From Octopus sinensis (taxonomy: Eukaryota): DNA of 64,000 nt. Shown piece after piece: positions 1-11,335 of this stretch. Under the pieces are notes generated by a model. That model ran no database searches. It saw nothing but the letters and a program-made list of their open reading frames with translations, and had not been told where the DNA came from. How positions within the stretch are numbered: the stretch's first letter is position 1; each line of letters opens with the position of its first letter. The stretch spans positions 23,746,001 through 23,810,000 of the forward strand of contig NC_043008.1 in NCBI RefSeq assembly GCF_006345805.1. Reading direction: 5' to 3'. Made by a program: the position numbers and the translations under genes.

Positions 1-680
1 ATGGTGGGTGCAACGCAAGATCGTCGGAAGGGACTTGGATTTGGCGCAGATCGGTTCAAACCGCTTGCAAGTATGATGTCAAACCAATGCAGATCTGTTG
101 TTAGTAACAGCGTCAAAAGAAAGGAATCAGAGAGAAGAGAGCTATTGAGAGGTCGCTGCAGATTTACCAGAGATTTTTTCACATCCCGATGGGAAGAAAC
201 CGGATATCATAATATGGTATGAAAAAATGTAGTTAATCTAGCGGAGTTAACGGTTCCTCATGAAGATAACATGGACGCCTCTCGCGCTCGAATGATTGAC
301 CGTTATAAAAACTTTCTGGAGGAATATGAAGACGCAGGTTGGAATGTGAAGTATTTTCCAATCGAAGTTGGATGTAGAGGATTCGTTGAGCAAATTGTGA
401 GGCGATTGTTGTTATCGTAAAGCAAATACCACTATGAGTGGAAAAGACAAACCACTGAGTTTGGTTTAAAAGAGACGATGAGTAATGGCTAGAAGAATAT
501 TGAGCGAAACCTGATAACCAGTTGATCTCGCAAGTGGGGCCTCAATTTAGTGAGGGGGACAGGTGTGCAATGATTCCCTCGAGAGGTAGGGCCCAAAGCG
601 GCGTGCATTCTCTCCTGATGACTCCATAAACTTGCTGGTTTCCAGTATGCAGAGCTTTCGACTGGTAGCACTTTGCAAGT
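1..680 (+). mobile_element. 3' end of HERO-like non-LTR retrotransposon (RLE endonuclease, decayed)
   Basis: Manual translation ~200-390 gives PDIIIW..LAELTVPHEDNMDASRAR..RY..GWNVKYFPIEVGCRGFV, the PD..ELTVP..PIEVGCRGF signature of HERO-type restriction-like endonucleases. Confidence 0.8.
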
Positions 681-708
681 GTTGTTTGTAAAGATATCTA
701 AAAATATA

Positions 709-1973
709 TTGGATTGGCATCTAAGTTCCCGCCCTTGTTTTAAATTTTAGAATCTATTGCGTTTTTAAATTTTGGAATCTATTTTTTTCGAGAATTCTAT
801 TTCTGAGTCATTTTGGAATTTTTTTTCTAGTTAATTTTAGTTAATATTTATTTATTTCCAGATTATTATAATGGAATGTCAAGTTAATAAAAACGAGCAT
901 TTTCGACACCTTCTTTTTGCCTTTAATCAAGGTTCTAAGGCCGCAAAAGCTGCTCGCGACATTAGTGCTGTGTATGGAAAGGGTGCCATAGCTGAAAGAA
1001 CCGCTCGTGATTGGTATGCCAAGTTCAAAAATGGAAATTTTGATCTCAAAGACACACTTCATTCTGGCCGTTCAGTCGAGCAATTAAAGCAACTTTTGCA
1101 CGAAATTCTCGTCAAACGACACGTCAGAGAAAATGGAATGTTCCCACACTGCTATAGAGAAGTATCTTCACTCGATGGGAAAGGTTCAGAAGCATGGAGC
1201 ATGGGTTCCGCATGCTTTAAGTGACAACAACAAAAATCAACGATCCACAATCTCCGCTGGTTTGCTCGGTCGTAACCATTCAACTCATCGACACAAGCAA
1301 CGATTTCTTTACCGAATCGTCATTGGCGACGGAAAATGGTGCATGCACATCAATATAAAGCAGCGTAAGGAATGGCTTAGCCCCGGTAAACAAGCTACAC
1401 CGCGCGTGAAGCAAGATCTTCGTCCGCGTAAAACGATGTTGTACGTATGATGGGACTGGGAAGGGATTATTTATTACGAATTGCTTGAACGGAACCAAAC
1501 AGTCAACGCGGAACTCTATGTTCAACAGATGGAACGACTCAACACGGCTATTCAAGAGAAAAGACCTAATCTCGGCAGCATGGAGTTCTTCTGCTGCACG
1601 ACAACGCCCGTCTTCATATCGCCAATATAACCAAGGAAGGCATTCAAACGCATACCTGGGAAGTGCTGCCACACTCGCCGTACTCTCCTGATTTGGCATC
1701 AACGGATTTCCACCTCTTTCGATCTCTTCAAATGCTATGCACGGAGTTTCGTTCAATACTGATAAAGTATTGAGAGCTTGGTTGGATCAATTTTTCGTGT
1801 CGAAATCGGGTGATTTCTACCAACGAGGTATTGAAAATCGTGTTGAACGTTGGGAAGAAGTTGTAAACAACAAGGGTGAATACATTATTAATTAATTAGT
1901 TTTTATTTGTTTTAGTAAACCTTTTAAAAGATTTAACTTTTAAAAAACGACTGGTACTTAGTTGCCAACACAA
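709..1973 (+). mobile_element. mariner (DD34D) DNA transposon, full length, decayed
   Basis: Imperfect TIRs ttggattggcatctaagt (709) / acttagttgccaacacaa (ending 1973), TA on both sides (707-708, 1974-1975), ~1265 bp. Confidence 0.92.
871..1895 (+). pseudogene. mariner transposase, frameshifted
   Basis: WVPHAL, IVIGDGKW, LLHDNARLH and YSPDLASTDFHLF motifs spread over several frames. Confidence 0.92.
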
Positions 1974-2175
1974 TACATACATACACATATATACATATAT
2001 ATATATACAAAATTTAGAGGACTGATCACTAAAAGTGGACAGCCTGTATGCTAGATATAGACGTTAAAATTGCCATTTTCCACGAAGAAAGTGTTCTCAA
2101 GAAAAAATTCAGCAAAAAACCAAAGTGTAAAAATAAGCAAGACAAATGAAAGTATACGAAATAAAAAACGATTAC

Positions 2176-2250
2176 CTATGTATTAATTAGTTTCACTTGT
2201 TAATATTTACGCATATGGATACGTAAATATCTGCAAGATCATCAGCATAG
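2176..2250 (-). ncRNA. type I hammerhead ribozyme motif (Penelope pLTR-type)
   Basis: Minus strand: ctatg-CTGATGA-stem II (cttg..atatttacg/cgtaaatat..caag)-GAAA-ctaatta-ATA-catag; stem I ctatg/catag; one mismatch in stem III. Confidence 0.65.
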
Positions 2251-2527
2251 TCTGTCGTTTACAAAACACAATTTCCAGAACTAAATACAGAACGCTCAAC
2301 CGACATCCAGCATGCATAGAGTTCCACAAATTATATTTATGTGTAACTTTCGAATGCCTTCACTTTGGCGCGATGAAATCGGAAATTACTCTGCAATTAA
2401 TAAACTACATCAGTCAATTTATCGGCTAGAGAACATTTTTTAAATTTAAAATTAAATAAGGGTAGAAATTGATATTAATCAATTAAAACCAGTGGTCTAG
2501 CATATTTTTAAAAAACCCGAAGATTAA

Positions 2528-2588
<61 letters not shown>

Positions 2589-2951
2589 CGTACATATATA
2601 TATATGGATAGCTGGGATCTCTGCACTGTTCCAAAGGTTCCAGTCGTCCTGTCTAGTGTGAAGAACATGTACTGCAATAGTCTGTGATTCAAGGGCTCAC
2701 GGCAATGCAACACCTTGCTAAAAGATCTGGGGCATCTAGATGGAGTAGGGGTAAATGTTTTAAAAGAACAACTTGATCTCCCTCTGCCCAACGTTCCAAA
2801 TGAACCTACATCATGGCAGGAAATTAAAAAGAGGGTAGCCTTGCCAAACTCCCTCATTCACGAAAAACCAAACGAAGAAAAGAATCCAATAAATGAATAA
2901 ATTGGAGATCAAGATTGCCCTGTGGTGTTAATACTGCTTTTGTCCTTATTA

Positions 2952-2992
<41 letters not shown>

Positions 2993-4069
2993 CAACATTT
3001 GCGTTAGTGTATGTATGTGTATATATTTCTATATTCATGTTGTGGGGATAGCTGTTATGATAACCAATCTTCTATCTTTTCCGTTGTAGATATATCGTTC
3101 CTACATCATCAACCCTATTAATGCATTTACTTTGATGTTTCAACTTATATAACCTTTTCGTTGTATTTTTGTTTTGTAACGTTGTTTTATAATAACGCAA
3201 TCTTTGACTTCTTGAAAAAATATACCATGCCGTTTATAGAATTGTTATTGTGATCAAATACTTTCTTTCACATACAACAATTTTTCCGTTTCATTTCATA
3301 GAGCAATATCTTCCATATTTTTGTTTTAGCCAATCACACTACCCACTGAAGTGGCTGACACGTTGTAACAAATTTAGCTTGGATTTTTATTGATTGCGGA
3401 AGTAACGCGCTCACCTCCTAAGTACCTCATTTTCAAATGTCATGCAGCAAGAAAACCTAGAAGTGTCCTTATGCTATAAAGTAATGAAAAACTAGAAAGA
3501 AAACAGCAAATGCCAATCTGTAAAATGCTAATAATAAGCTGATATCAACATGAACAAATACTAGTTTCATTGCTAATAATTCTGTTGTGGTTCTTGTGAT
3601 TATAATCATCATCATCATCATTATTATTATTGTTGTTGTTTCCTTTCCGTATTTTGCCGCCGCGGTGAGACGACGTTGAAGTGTTCTCTCCAGCACACTC
3701 TGAGGAGCAAGTGCAACGCCTCACGGGTCTGTCACGAATTTAGGCTTGGCTAAAGAAAACCAAAGTACTGGGTCAAAGTGTCAAGCGCTCCACAATTACT
3801 ATCATCAACTACGAGCTGAAGGTAGTCCATGAAGTCACCTATCTCTGCTCTACCATCACTGATAACCTCTCCTTGGGCCCTAAGATTAGCAGAAGAGTTG
3901 GAAGAACATCCTTCAGATTTGGGAGGCTGACAAAGAAAACTGACCACAACCATCAAGGTTGATTCTGTAAGGAAGGATGCCAAAAGACCTCCTGCATGGG
4001 AACAAGAGCACAAGGACAACCTCAACTTCGTTTCAAAGACGACTGTAAGAGAAATCTGAAGTCAATATA

Positions 4070-5683
4070 CAGTTGCGGCCAAAATGTTCAGAACGGCATT
4101 GTCTTCGTCAGAAAAGTAAGTATAAGTTTTTACCAAAGTTGTTTTATATTCTATAATTTTTACAGACAATAAATACAATGTTATTTGTTATTGTCTGAGA
4201 TTGTGGTGTAATTTGAGTGGATAATACAAAAGTTATGGATGATTTAGTGATTTACTGCAAAACCCATGGCGGTTAAAATGATCAGAACGGTTGAAAAAAT
4301 AACAAAATAATCAAAAATGACAGAGAATACTGGAATTATTTAATATTTAGTGTGAAGCCCTTTAGCTTCAATCACACTTTGACATCTTCGACTGCATGAG
4401 GAAATTAAATTTTCAATTTCTTGCTGGGTGATCTTATTCCATTCTTCCTGAAGGGCATTCCATAATTGCTCAGTTGTTTTAGGATTTCTGGCTTTCGAAC
4501 GTTTTCCTAGAATATTCCACACATTTTCAAAAGGATTGAGATCTGGGCTTTTAGCAGGCCAATCTATAACAATAACCTTTTCAGCCTTGAGGAAGTTCAT
4601 GACCACCTTAGCCTTGTGACATGGGTCATTGTCCTGCATGAATATGGGTGGTCGCTTAGTTGAATTTCTCAGCACAGGCAAGACATGATCTTTTACAAGT
4701 TGTTTATAAACTCCTGCATTTACCTTTCCATGTAATCGTACCAAAGGGCCCACACCATCTCCAGATATCATCCCCCAAACCATGACACTTCCTCCATCGA
4801 ATTTAATACTAGTCTTAAGGCATTTAGGCGACAATTTTTCACCTACTTTTCACCTACTTTTCCCATCTGAGCCAAACTTATATTCATCACTGAAATGCAC
4901 CGTTTGCCATTTTTCTTGAGACCATAACACATGTTCGGTTGCAACGGTAAGACGACACTTTTTATTCTTGGAGCTGATCAGTGGCTTCCCTGCAGGTGCT
5001 CTTGCTTGTAGGTCATGTTCAACGAAACGACGAGACACAGTTTTTCGAGATAAAGTTTTCTTCTGTGCAATGCTCATTTCCTGAGAAACAGCAGCAGCAG
5101 TTTTAAATCTGTCCTTTTTAACCAACTTTACCATAGCACGATCTTTTCTCTTGGTCGTTTTTCTTGGTCTACCTGTAGACTTTCTTGCTTCACACGAACC
5201 ACAATCATCGTAGACTTTAAGAATTCTGTGAACAACACTTTTTGACTTGTTCACAATATTTGCAATAGACCCAATACTTAAATTATCTTTCTTTCGAAGC
5301 TTAATAATCTGCTGACGAATTGGTAACGGAGTAAGTGGCATTATATTAACAAAGTACACTGCAGATATTCTTACTGATGTTTAGTAAACGAACCGTCACG
5401 TAAACAAATTCAAAACATTAGAGTTCGCCGGTTAAATATACTAAAACACGAAGTAAAAGCAACCGTTCTGATCATTTTGGCCGCCATGGGTTTTGCAGTA
5501 AATCACTAAATCATCCATAGCTTTTGTATTATCCTCTCAAATTACACCAAAATCTCAGACAATAACAAATAATATTGTATTTATTGTCTGTGAAAATTAT
5601 AGAATATAAAACAACTTTGATAAAAAATTATACCTACTTTTCTGACGAAAACAATGCCGTTATGAACATTTTGGCCGCAACTG
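4070..5683 (-). mobile_element. Tc1 (DD34E) transposon with ~224-bp IR/DR-type TIRs
   Basis: TA-cagttgcggcc...ggccgcaactg-TA; TIRs ~4070-4293 and ~5460-5683, each with two copies of gcgg(c/t)(c/t)aaaatg(a/t)tcagaacgg-like sequence. Confidence 0.95.
4340..5341 (-). pseudogene. Tc1 transposase, broken near 4840-4860
   Basis: GRPRKTT, HFSDE, MQDND..SPDLNPFE (34 residues between D and E); break coincides with tandem cacctactttt duplication. Confidence 0.93.
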
Positions 5684-5815
5684 TATCTTGACGCCCTGAG
5701 ATAGTTGGATGTCGCAAGTGATCGTCCACGCTGAAAACGAGTTCAATGAAAGGGGATGAGTGATAGGAAGAGAAACTGGAACTTGCTCGCTCGAAAAAAG
5801 AAAAAAGTCAGTATC

Positions 5816-6042
5816 TATTTCTTTACTACCCACAAGGGGCTAAACACAGAGAGGACAAACAAGGACAGACAAACAGATTAAGTCGATTATATCGACCCCA
5901 GTGCGTAACTGGTACTTATTTAATCGACCCCGAAAGGATGAACGGCAAAGTCGACCTCGGCGGAATTTGAACTCAGAACCTAACGGCAGACGAAATACGG
6001 CTACGCATTTCGCCCGGCGTGCTAACGTTTCTGCCAGCTCGC
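5816..6042 (-). mobile_element. tRNA-derived SINE with 13-bp TSD
   Basis: TSD aaaagtcagtatc at 5803-5815 and 6043-6055; A-box-like tggcagaaacgttag, B-box gttcaaattcc; tail ttagccccttgtgggtagtaaagaaat. Confidence 0.9.
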
Positions 6043-6239
6043 AAAAGTCAGTATCGCCGGCATCAAGCTTCTTCAAATGCAGTTGCTGCATGCAAAACTG
6101 CCACCCCCGTGTGGGTCTGTGTAGACACAGCAGACACTGCACCACCACCTGCACCTGGCACAAAACTCTTCAGATGCAGTATCAGGATCTGAAACAGACG
6201 GATTCCTATTTGCCAACTATTTTATTCACACACAACTGA

Positions 6240-9090
6240 TGAGACTATTGGAAAAAATTCCAAACGATAATCTTAGATGCCAAGAACCTCTTTAAGTATC
6301 CTAGTTGTCCCTAGTAAAATAGTTTTCTGGAGCTGCACTAAACTAGGTTTTTTTTTACCCATTTCGTCTGTCTACCTGTTCAAATCTTTAGAGAGAGTTC
6401 CTAGTGCACTTATAACTCCAAGGGTACATTTTACGCGATGTTCCATAGCCTCTGTAATTCAAGGGTTGGATCTTGATATTTTCCTACTTTCTTTATGCCT
6501 CTCATATTGACTTTCTCTTCAAAGTCAATTACTGTCACATACTATTCTCTTTGTCTACTACTATTATATCTGACCTTCTAGCTTCTATTCTGTCAGTCTG
6601 AATGTTAAAATCCGACAATATTTCTTACTTTCTTGTCCTTAGCACTTATTTATATGGTAAAATCCTAGCTTTCCATACAACTTCCAGTGGATCACTCTTC
6701 CTAAATTGTCATGTCTTGTATTCTTTTCTTACCACCGTACTATATTCAGTAACTATGAGTAACACTCTTCTTTGATTTACATAAACTACATTGGGAATCT
6801 ACCTGATTTTTATCTATCTTGGCTTGTAGCCAATTAGTTCTCAATGCTTGTATCCAATTAGTCCTCAATGCGGCTACTAACAAATTTTCTGTCTCTATTT
6901 TGAGCCTTCTTTTCTGAAACCACAACCATGTCACACGATCACTATTTTATACCACTAACATTCGAAATCTACCATGAAGAGCCTTCTCTTACCAGTCAAA
7001 TAATCTTGCTTCTATTTTCTGATTTTTAACTTCATTTGTCTTTTTGGTTTCCCAATCTTCTACTGTTACTCTAACGGCTCTTACGAAAATGTCGTTACTA
7101 TCACCTACATAGGAAGCTATGTATACTCTAGCTAACTCCACACAGTCTTTTACTGCTATAAATACTCTACTGTCTCCCTTTCTACGTAAGTACAATCTTG
7201 ATACACCTGCTCTTGGACGAATTCTTTCCTAGTTCTTCTGTCTAGATTTGCTAATTCAGATTTTCTTCAATGTACAAAAGCTGCTGTATATCTAAGTAAC
7301 GATACTGCCTAAGTATTTACAGTTTTCAGTAGGTTTGGACAATTTAGGTTCAACTTCAATAACTTCCACAGCCTTCTAATGTACTTCTCAGTTTTTGCTT
7401 TCATTACTATAGTTAATTCTCTGTCAGATTCTAATATTCCTAGACATTTATACCTTTGTCCTTTCAGTGATCTTAATGCCTAGCCATCTGGTGATTGAAT
7501 ACCTTCAATGCCGACTACCTCTCCCTTGTTTATAACTAATTTTGCACGCTTATCTGTGCCAAATTCCAGACATATGTCTTTGCTGAAGAATTTTCCTTCT
7601 ATTAAGGAATGTAGCTCATTTTTAGTCTTACTACAAAGACTTCCTGGAAAATTCCTCTGGATATTAACTCACCCTACGGCTCTATCTACCTATCATTTCT
7701 TTATGCGATAGTTAATTAACTCTCTTACGTCGTTTAGCAATACTGTCGATTCTCAAACATTCACTTATCGATGTGTGTGGAATCATGTCATAGGCTTTCT
7801 TATAACCTATCCATGCTATTGTTGACATTTTCTTTCTAGATTTCACTTCATTTGGGACTGCTTTGTTTATGTATAATAGTTTGTGCATTCCTCTAGCCTT
7901 CTTCCTGCAACATTTATGTTCTTCTGACAGCACACTCTGGCTGCCAAGAGTGCTCATAAATGCTTTCTGAGAGCATTCTTATCAACAGGTTTTGCAAGTG
8001 ATTGGTCTATAATTACTGGCTATATTGGCCTTGCTTTTGTCTTTCATAACGTGTACAGTCCTCCATCTAGTCATATAATTAGGTACAACTCCACCGTTCA
8101 GTCAATCCGGAAGTTCTCTCAGTCTCCTGTATAGTTACTAAATTTCTTTAACTAGTACTGTTGAAGTAAATCATGTCCCGGGACCTTCCAACTGGACATT
8201 CTTGCTAAAACTTCCCTCATTAATTCATTAGTTACTTCTCTTACTTTCTTTAACCATGCTGCATCTCCGTTATCAATGCAGAACTTAACTTTCTAGTTTC
8301 TTGTGCATTAGGGTTCTTATTTTGAATAGTTTCTTCAACTCCATGTATTTGGCGATAAAATATTCTCTGGTCTGTCTCAATCAATGTTTTGTTGATACTG
8401 GTCTATACTTTAGTGATATCTGGAAGGCTTACTTGCTATTGCTATGATAAGCTCTTTCAACTCCTCCATGGCTATCCCAAATCCTTTCTCCCTGATTTAG
8501 TATTTTTTTTCAAAAGAATATCTAAATCTTGTGTTTCCTAACTTTTCCTGATTCCAAGCTTTTATTCTATTGAGATCTTGTCTTAAAGTCTTCACTTTAT
8601 TTTCTAATCTTTTTTTCCACATATGCTCCTTCTTTTCTTTCCTTGAGGAATACCTAGTCTGCTAATAACTACTTTTAACTACTAACCCCTCTAACATAAA
8701 TCAATAAGTTAGTGTCACCTATAATTTTATTATCAATCCTACTGATAACAGAATATACTTTCCTTGTTACATATGAAAATTTTCTTCTATTAACACCTTT
8801 TAATGTTGATAATCCTTTCTTTATTTCTTCTCTATTCATTATGTCCTTCAACCCATTTAAAATCTTCTGACCTTCCTCACTTAAATCGCTGGTTTCAGTT
8901 TTCTCTTCCTGATTGTAGTTCTATTATTTTTCCTTATAGGCTCCTCTTTAGCTTGCACTGTAGCACTTCGGTATCTTGTTTCATCCTGGTTTGTCTTGCT
9001 TGGCTGTTTTACTTCTTGGTCTTTCTTTTCCAATTCCCTTGTGATCTATTCTACCTCCTATTCTGTCATTCAATCATTTCTCCAGTTCTG
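6240..9090 (-). mobile_element. R4/Dong-type RLE LINE, heavily decayed
   Basis: Fragments [36 protein letters not shown]-terminal RILKEVLGI*. Confidence 0.8.
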
Positions 9091-9097
9091 CCATTAT

Positions 9098-9138
9098 ACT
9101 CCTCCTCCTCCTCCTCCTCCTCCTCCTCCTCCTCCTCC

Positions 9139-9193
<55 letters not shown>

Positions 9194-9199
9194 TATTAT
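9098..9199 (+). repeat. compound microsatellite (CTC)n(ATC)n(ATT)n
   Basis: Direct reading. Confidence 0.95.
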
Positions 9200-9960
9200 A
9201 TGCTTGACTTTTGCTTTGCATTTGTACAAGTTGACTCCAAGTCACACCCAGAGACCTCAAGAGAGAACAATTAGAAGTTCAAATCGGTGTTATGCATAGG
9301 ATGTCATATTTTGTTTTGCACATAGTATTGTTCAAGAGAACGTTTAAGAACGCATATGAAAATTATAAGTTTGTTTTACATTTGAGATTACATAGACAGT
9401 ATTTTATATAGGATATGGTCAGTTCCCATGAGTACTATCTTTTGAATTTCTGCCATTTTGGAGTTTCCTGGTATCTTATCTAGGTAGGAATCAGCCCCTT
9501 ATGCTATCATTCCTAGGGCACTTATGACAACAGGTATTGTTTTAGTCTTGAGGTTCCACATTTTGCAAATTTCTATTTCAAGTTCTTTATACTTGCTCAG
9601 TTTTTGGTAGGTCTTGACAAATAAGTTTATATCGATTGGGACAGTCAGATCAATGAGGAGACACGATTTTTGTCTAGTCTTTCGATATAATGTCTGGCCT
9701 ATTCGCATCTATCTTTCTGTCAGTTTGAATGGTAATGTTCAAGAGGAGTGAGATGTGATCATATTCAAGTACTGGAGGTGGTTTGTGTTCCTGCCAGTTT
9801 TTATCAGGTTTTTGCAAATTACACAGTGTATATACTGTGCTGCTCTATCATGCTTGTTGAGATACTCTGCAGGCACAATAAGACCGCACATGGAGACAAC
9901 ATGATCAATGGTTTCATTTGGTTGTTGACATACACGACATGTCGGTCTACTGTCGTTCTG
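9200..9960 (-). mobile_element. 5'-truncated R4/Dong LINE (RLE domain and 3' UTR)
   Basis: LLIDLTVPIDIN..KLSKYKELEIEI..IPVVISALG; 3' UTR homologous to copies at 13918, 19318 and 31079. Confidence 0.88.
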
Positions 9961-10054
9961 TAATATATATTACAACATATATGTTGTTTTGTTCGTAATT
10001 TGTGGATATCTTTATAAATTTTATTTGCTTCTGAAGTAGGTATTTTTGTAGTCC

Positions 10055-10085
<31 letters not shown>

Positions 10086-10640
10086 GAGTGAGAGAGCAGT
10101 TCATGCCATCAAAGTGACACTGGGGTAAAATATACGAAGCCCAATATACCCATCATGACTACCCGTCTGATAAGAGTACACCAGGCACATGCATCACAAC
10201 CATATGTGCGCGACATGGTGATCTCATATCAAGATAAACAGCACATGACCTTGCAGGTGGGGCCCAGTTAGAATTTTCTTCAGGTTGAGTAGCCCATCCC
10301 GCTCAAACGGTCCCTGAATAAGAGTTGTTTAAGGATGTTGAAAAAAACCACCCATGTTTCCAGAGATGAATTATTCAAACCCCAAAGAATCCTTCTCAAC
10401 ACATGGCTATGATGCTCCCCCACTACTTCTGCTCGTGATCAGAGATGCACATATCGTTAGCCACTAAGGGACATGCTCAACTGGTTAAGGTCAAACAACT
10501 GACAAGCAAATCTGTGGTATTGAGCAGAATATTTGCTGTAGCCCATCTTTTATACCAAGACAAAACAATGTACATGATAACACTTCCAATCAGTCAAGAT
10601 CAGAAGCCATGAGAGCCACTGTGTGGTACTGCATCAGGGC
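10086..10640 (-). mobile_element. ~555-bp non-coding interspersed element in (TAA)n, copy 1
   Basis: gagtgagagagcag...ggtactgcatcag flanked by (TTA)n; near-identical copies at 30500 and 54439; strand inferred by analogy with neighbouring LINEs. Confidence 0.88.
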
Positions 10641-10691
10641 TATTATTATTATTATTATTATTATTATATTATTATTATTATTATTATTATT

Positions 10692-11335
10692 GCTTTACTT
10701 CTCGGAGTGCTCAGTTTTGTTTGCTCTGGTTGACTGTGCGGAGAACGAACAGTAGCCAGTTGTCAGAAGTCCCACAGGGTCTCTTTCCGCAAATTATAAG
10801 CTTTGATACTTGTTTGTTAATTATCGTGGGAGACATTCAACATCCAAGTACCATTCTCAAAATCCTAGCTGTTTCCAGCAGAGCAGTTTTGGGGGCATGA
10901 TTCCGATTGCTCTGACATATTTCTCGAACTTGGTTGTTAGTACTCCGAGAGCTCCTACAACTACTGTAATAACAGAAACTCTCCTTATAATCCACATTCT
11001 TAAAAATTCGTCTTATTGTAGTCTGTAATTTTCCATCTTTTCTAGTTTTTTGTCACTTGTGCGTGCATCTCTAGATATTGCAATACCTATGATCTTGGTT
11101 TCTTTTTTTGCCCTATCTACCACAACATCTGGTCTCCGAGCCTCGATTAAGGAATCACATTGGATTGTATTCTATATTCCTTGTTCTCGGTGACTCCTTC
11201 TAGTTCATATTCGTACCATTTCTGTGCTCTGCCCAAGCCGTACTTTTCACATAGCCTCCGATGAGAAAACTTAGTTACGTTATCGAGCCTCCTTTTGTAG
11301 TACTTTTGGGCCAGCTTGCTACACTCACAATCACC
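10692..11335 (-). mobile_element. 3' fragment of a further R4/Dong-type family
   Basis: CECSKLAQKYYKRRLDNV, RRPDVVV, VVVGALG on minus strand; abuts (TTA)n. Confidence 0.75.

Larger units (their letters stand above)
3740..6200 (+). mobile_element. RTE-clade LINE remnant (host of the Tc1 and SINE insertions)
   Basis: GTRAQGQPQLRFKDDCKRNLK just before 4068; C-terminal FKCSCCMQNCHPRVGLCRHSRHC zinc-finger-like motif at ~6070-6140. Confidence 0.75.

Noticed and set aside
3344-3466. Hammerhead-like CTGAAGT..gctg/cagc..GAAA
   Set aside because: Core mismatch and no stem III or NUH triplet; too degenerate to call
6236-6275. CTGATGA followed by a hairpin
   Set aside because: No correctly placed GAAA/stem III; it is the antisense of a LINE 3' UTR
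8803-9274. Poly-S/P/H/D/E ORFs, and similar ones at 13766, 28212, 29925, 51275-53770, 54936, 58104
   Set aside because: Translations of microsatellites; no coding evidence
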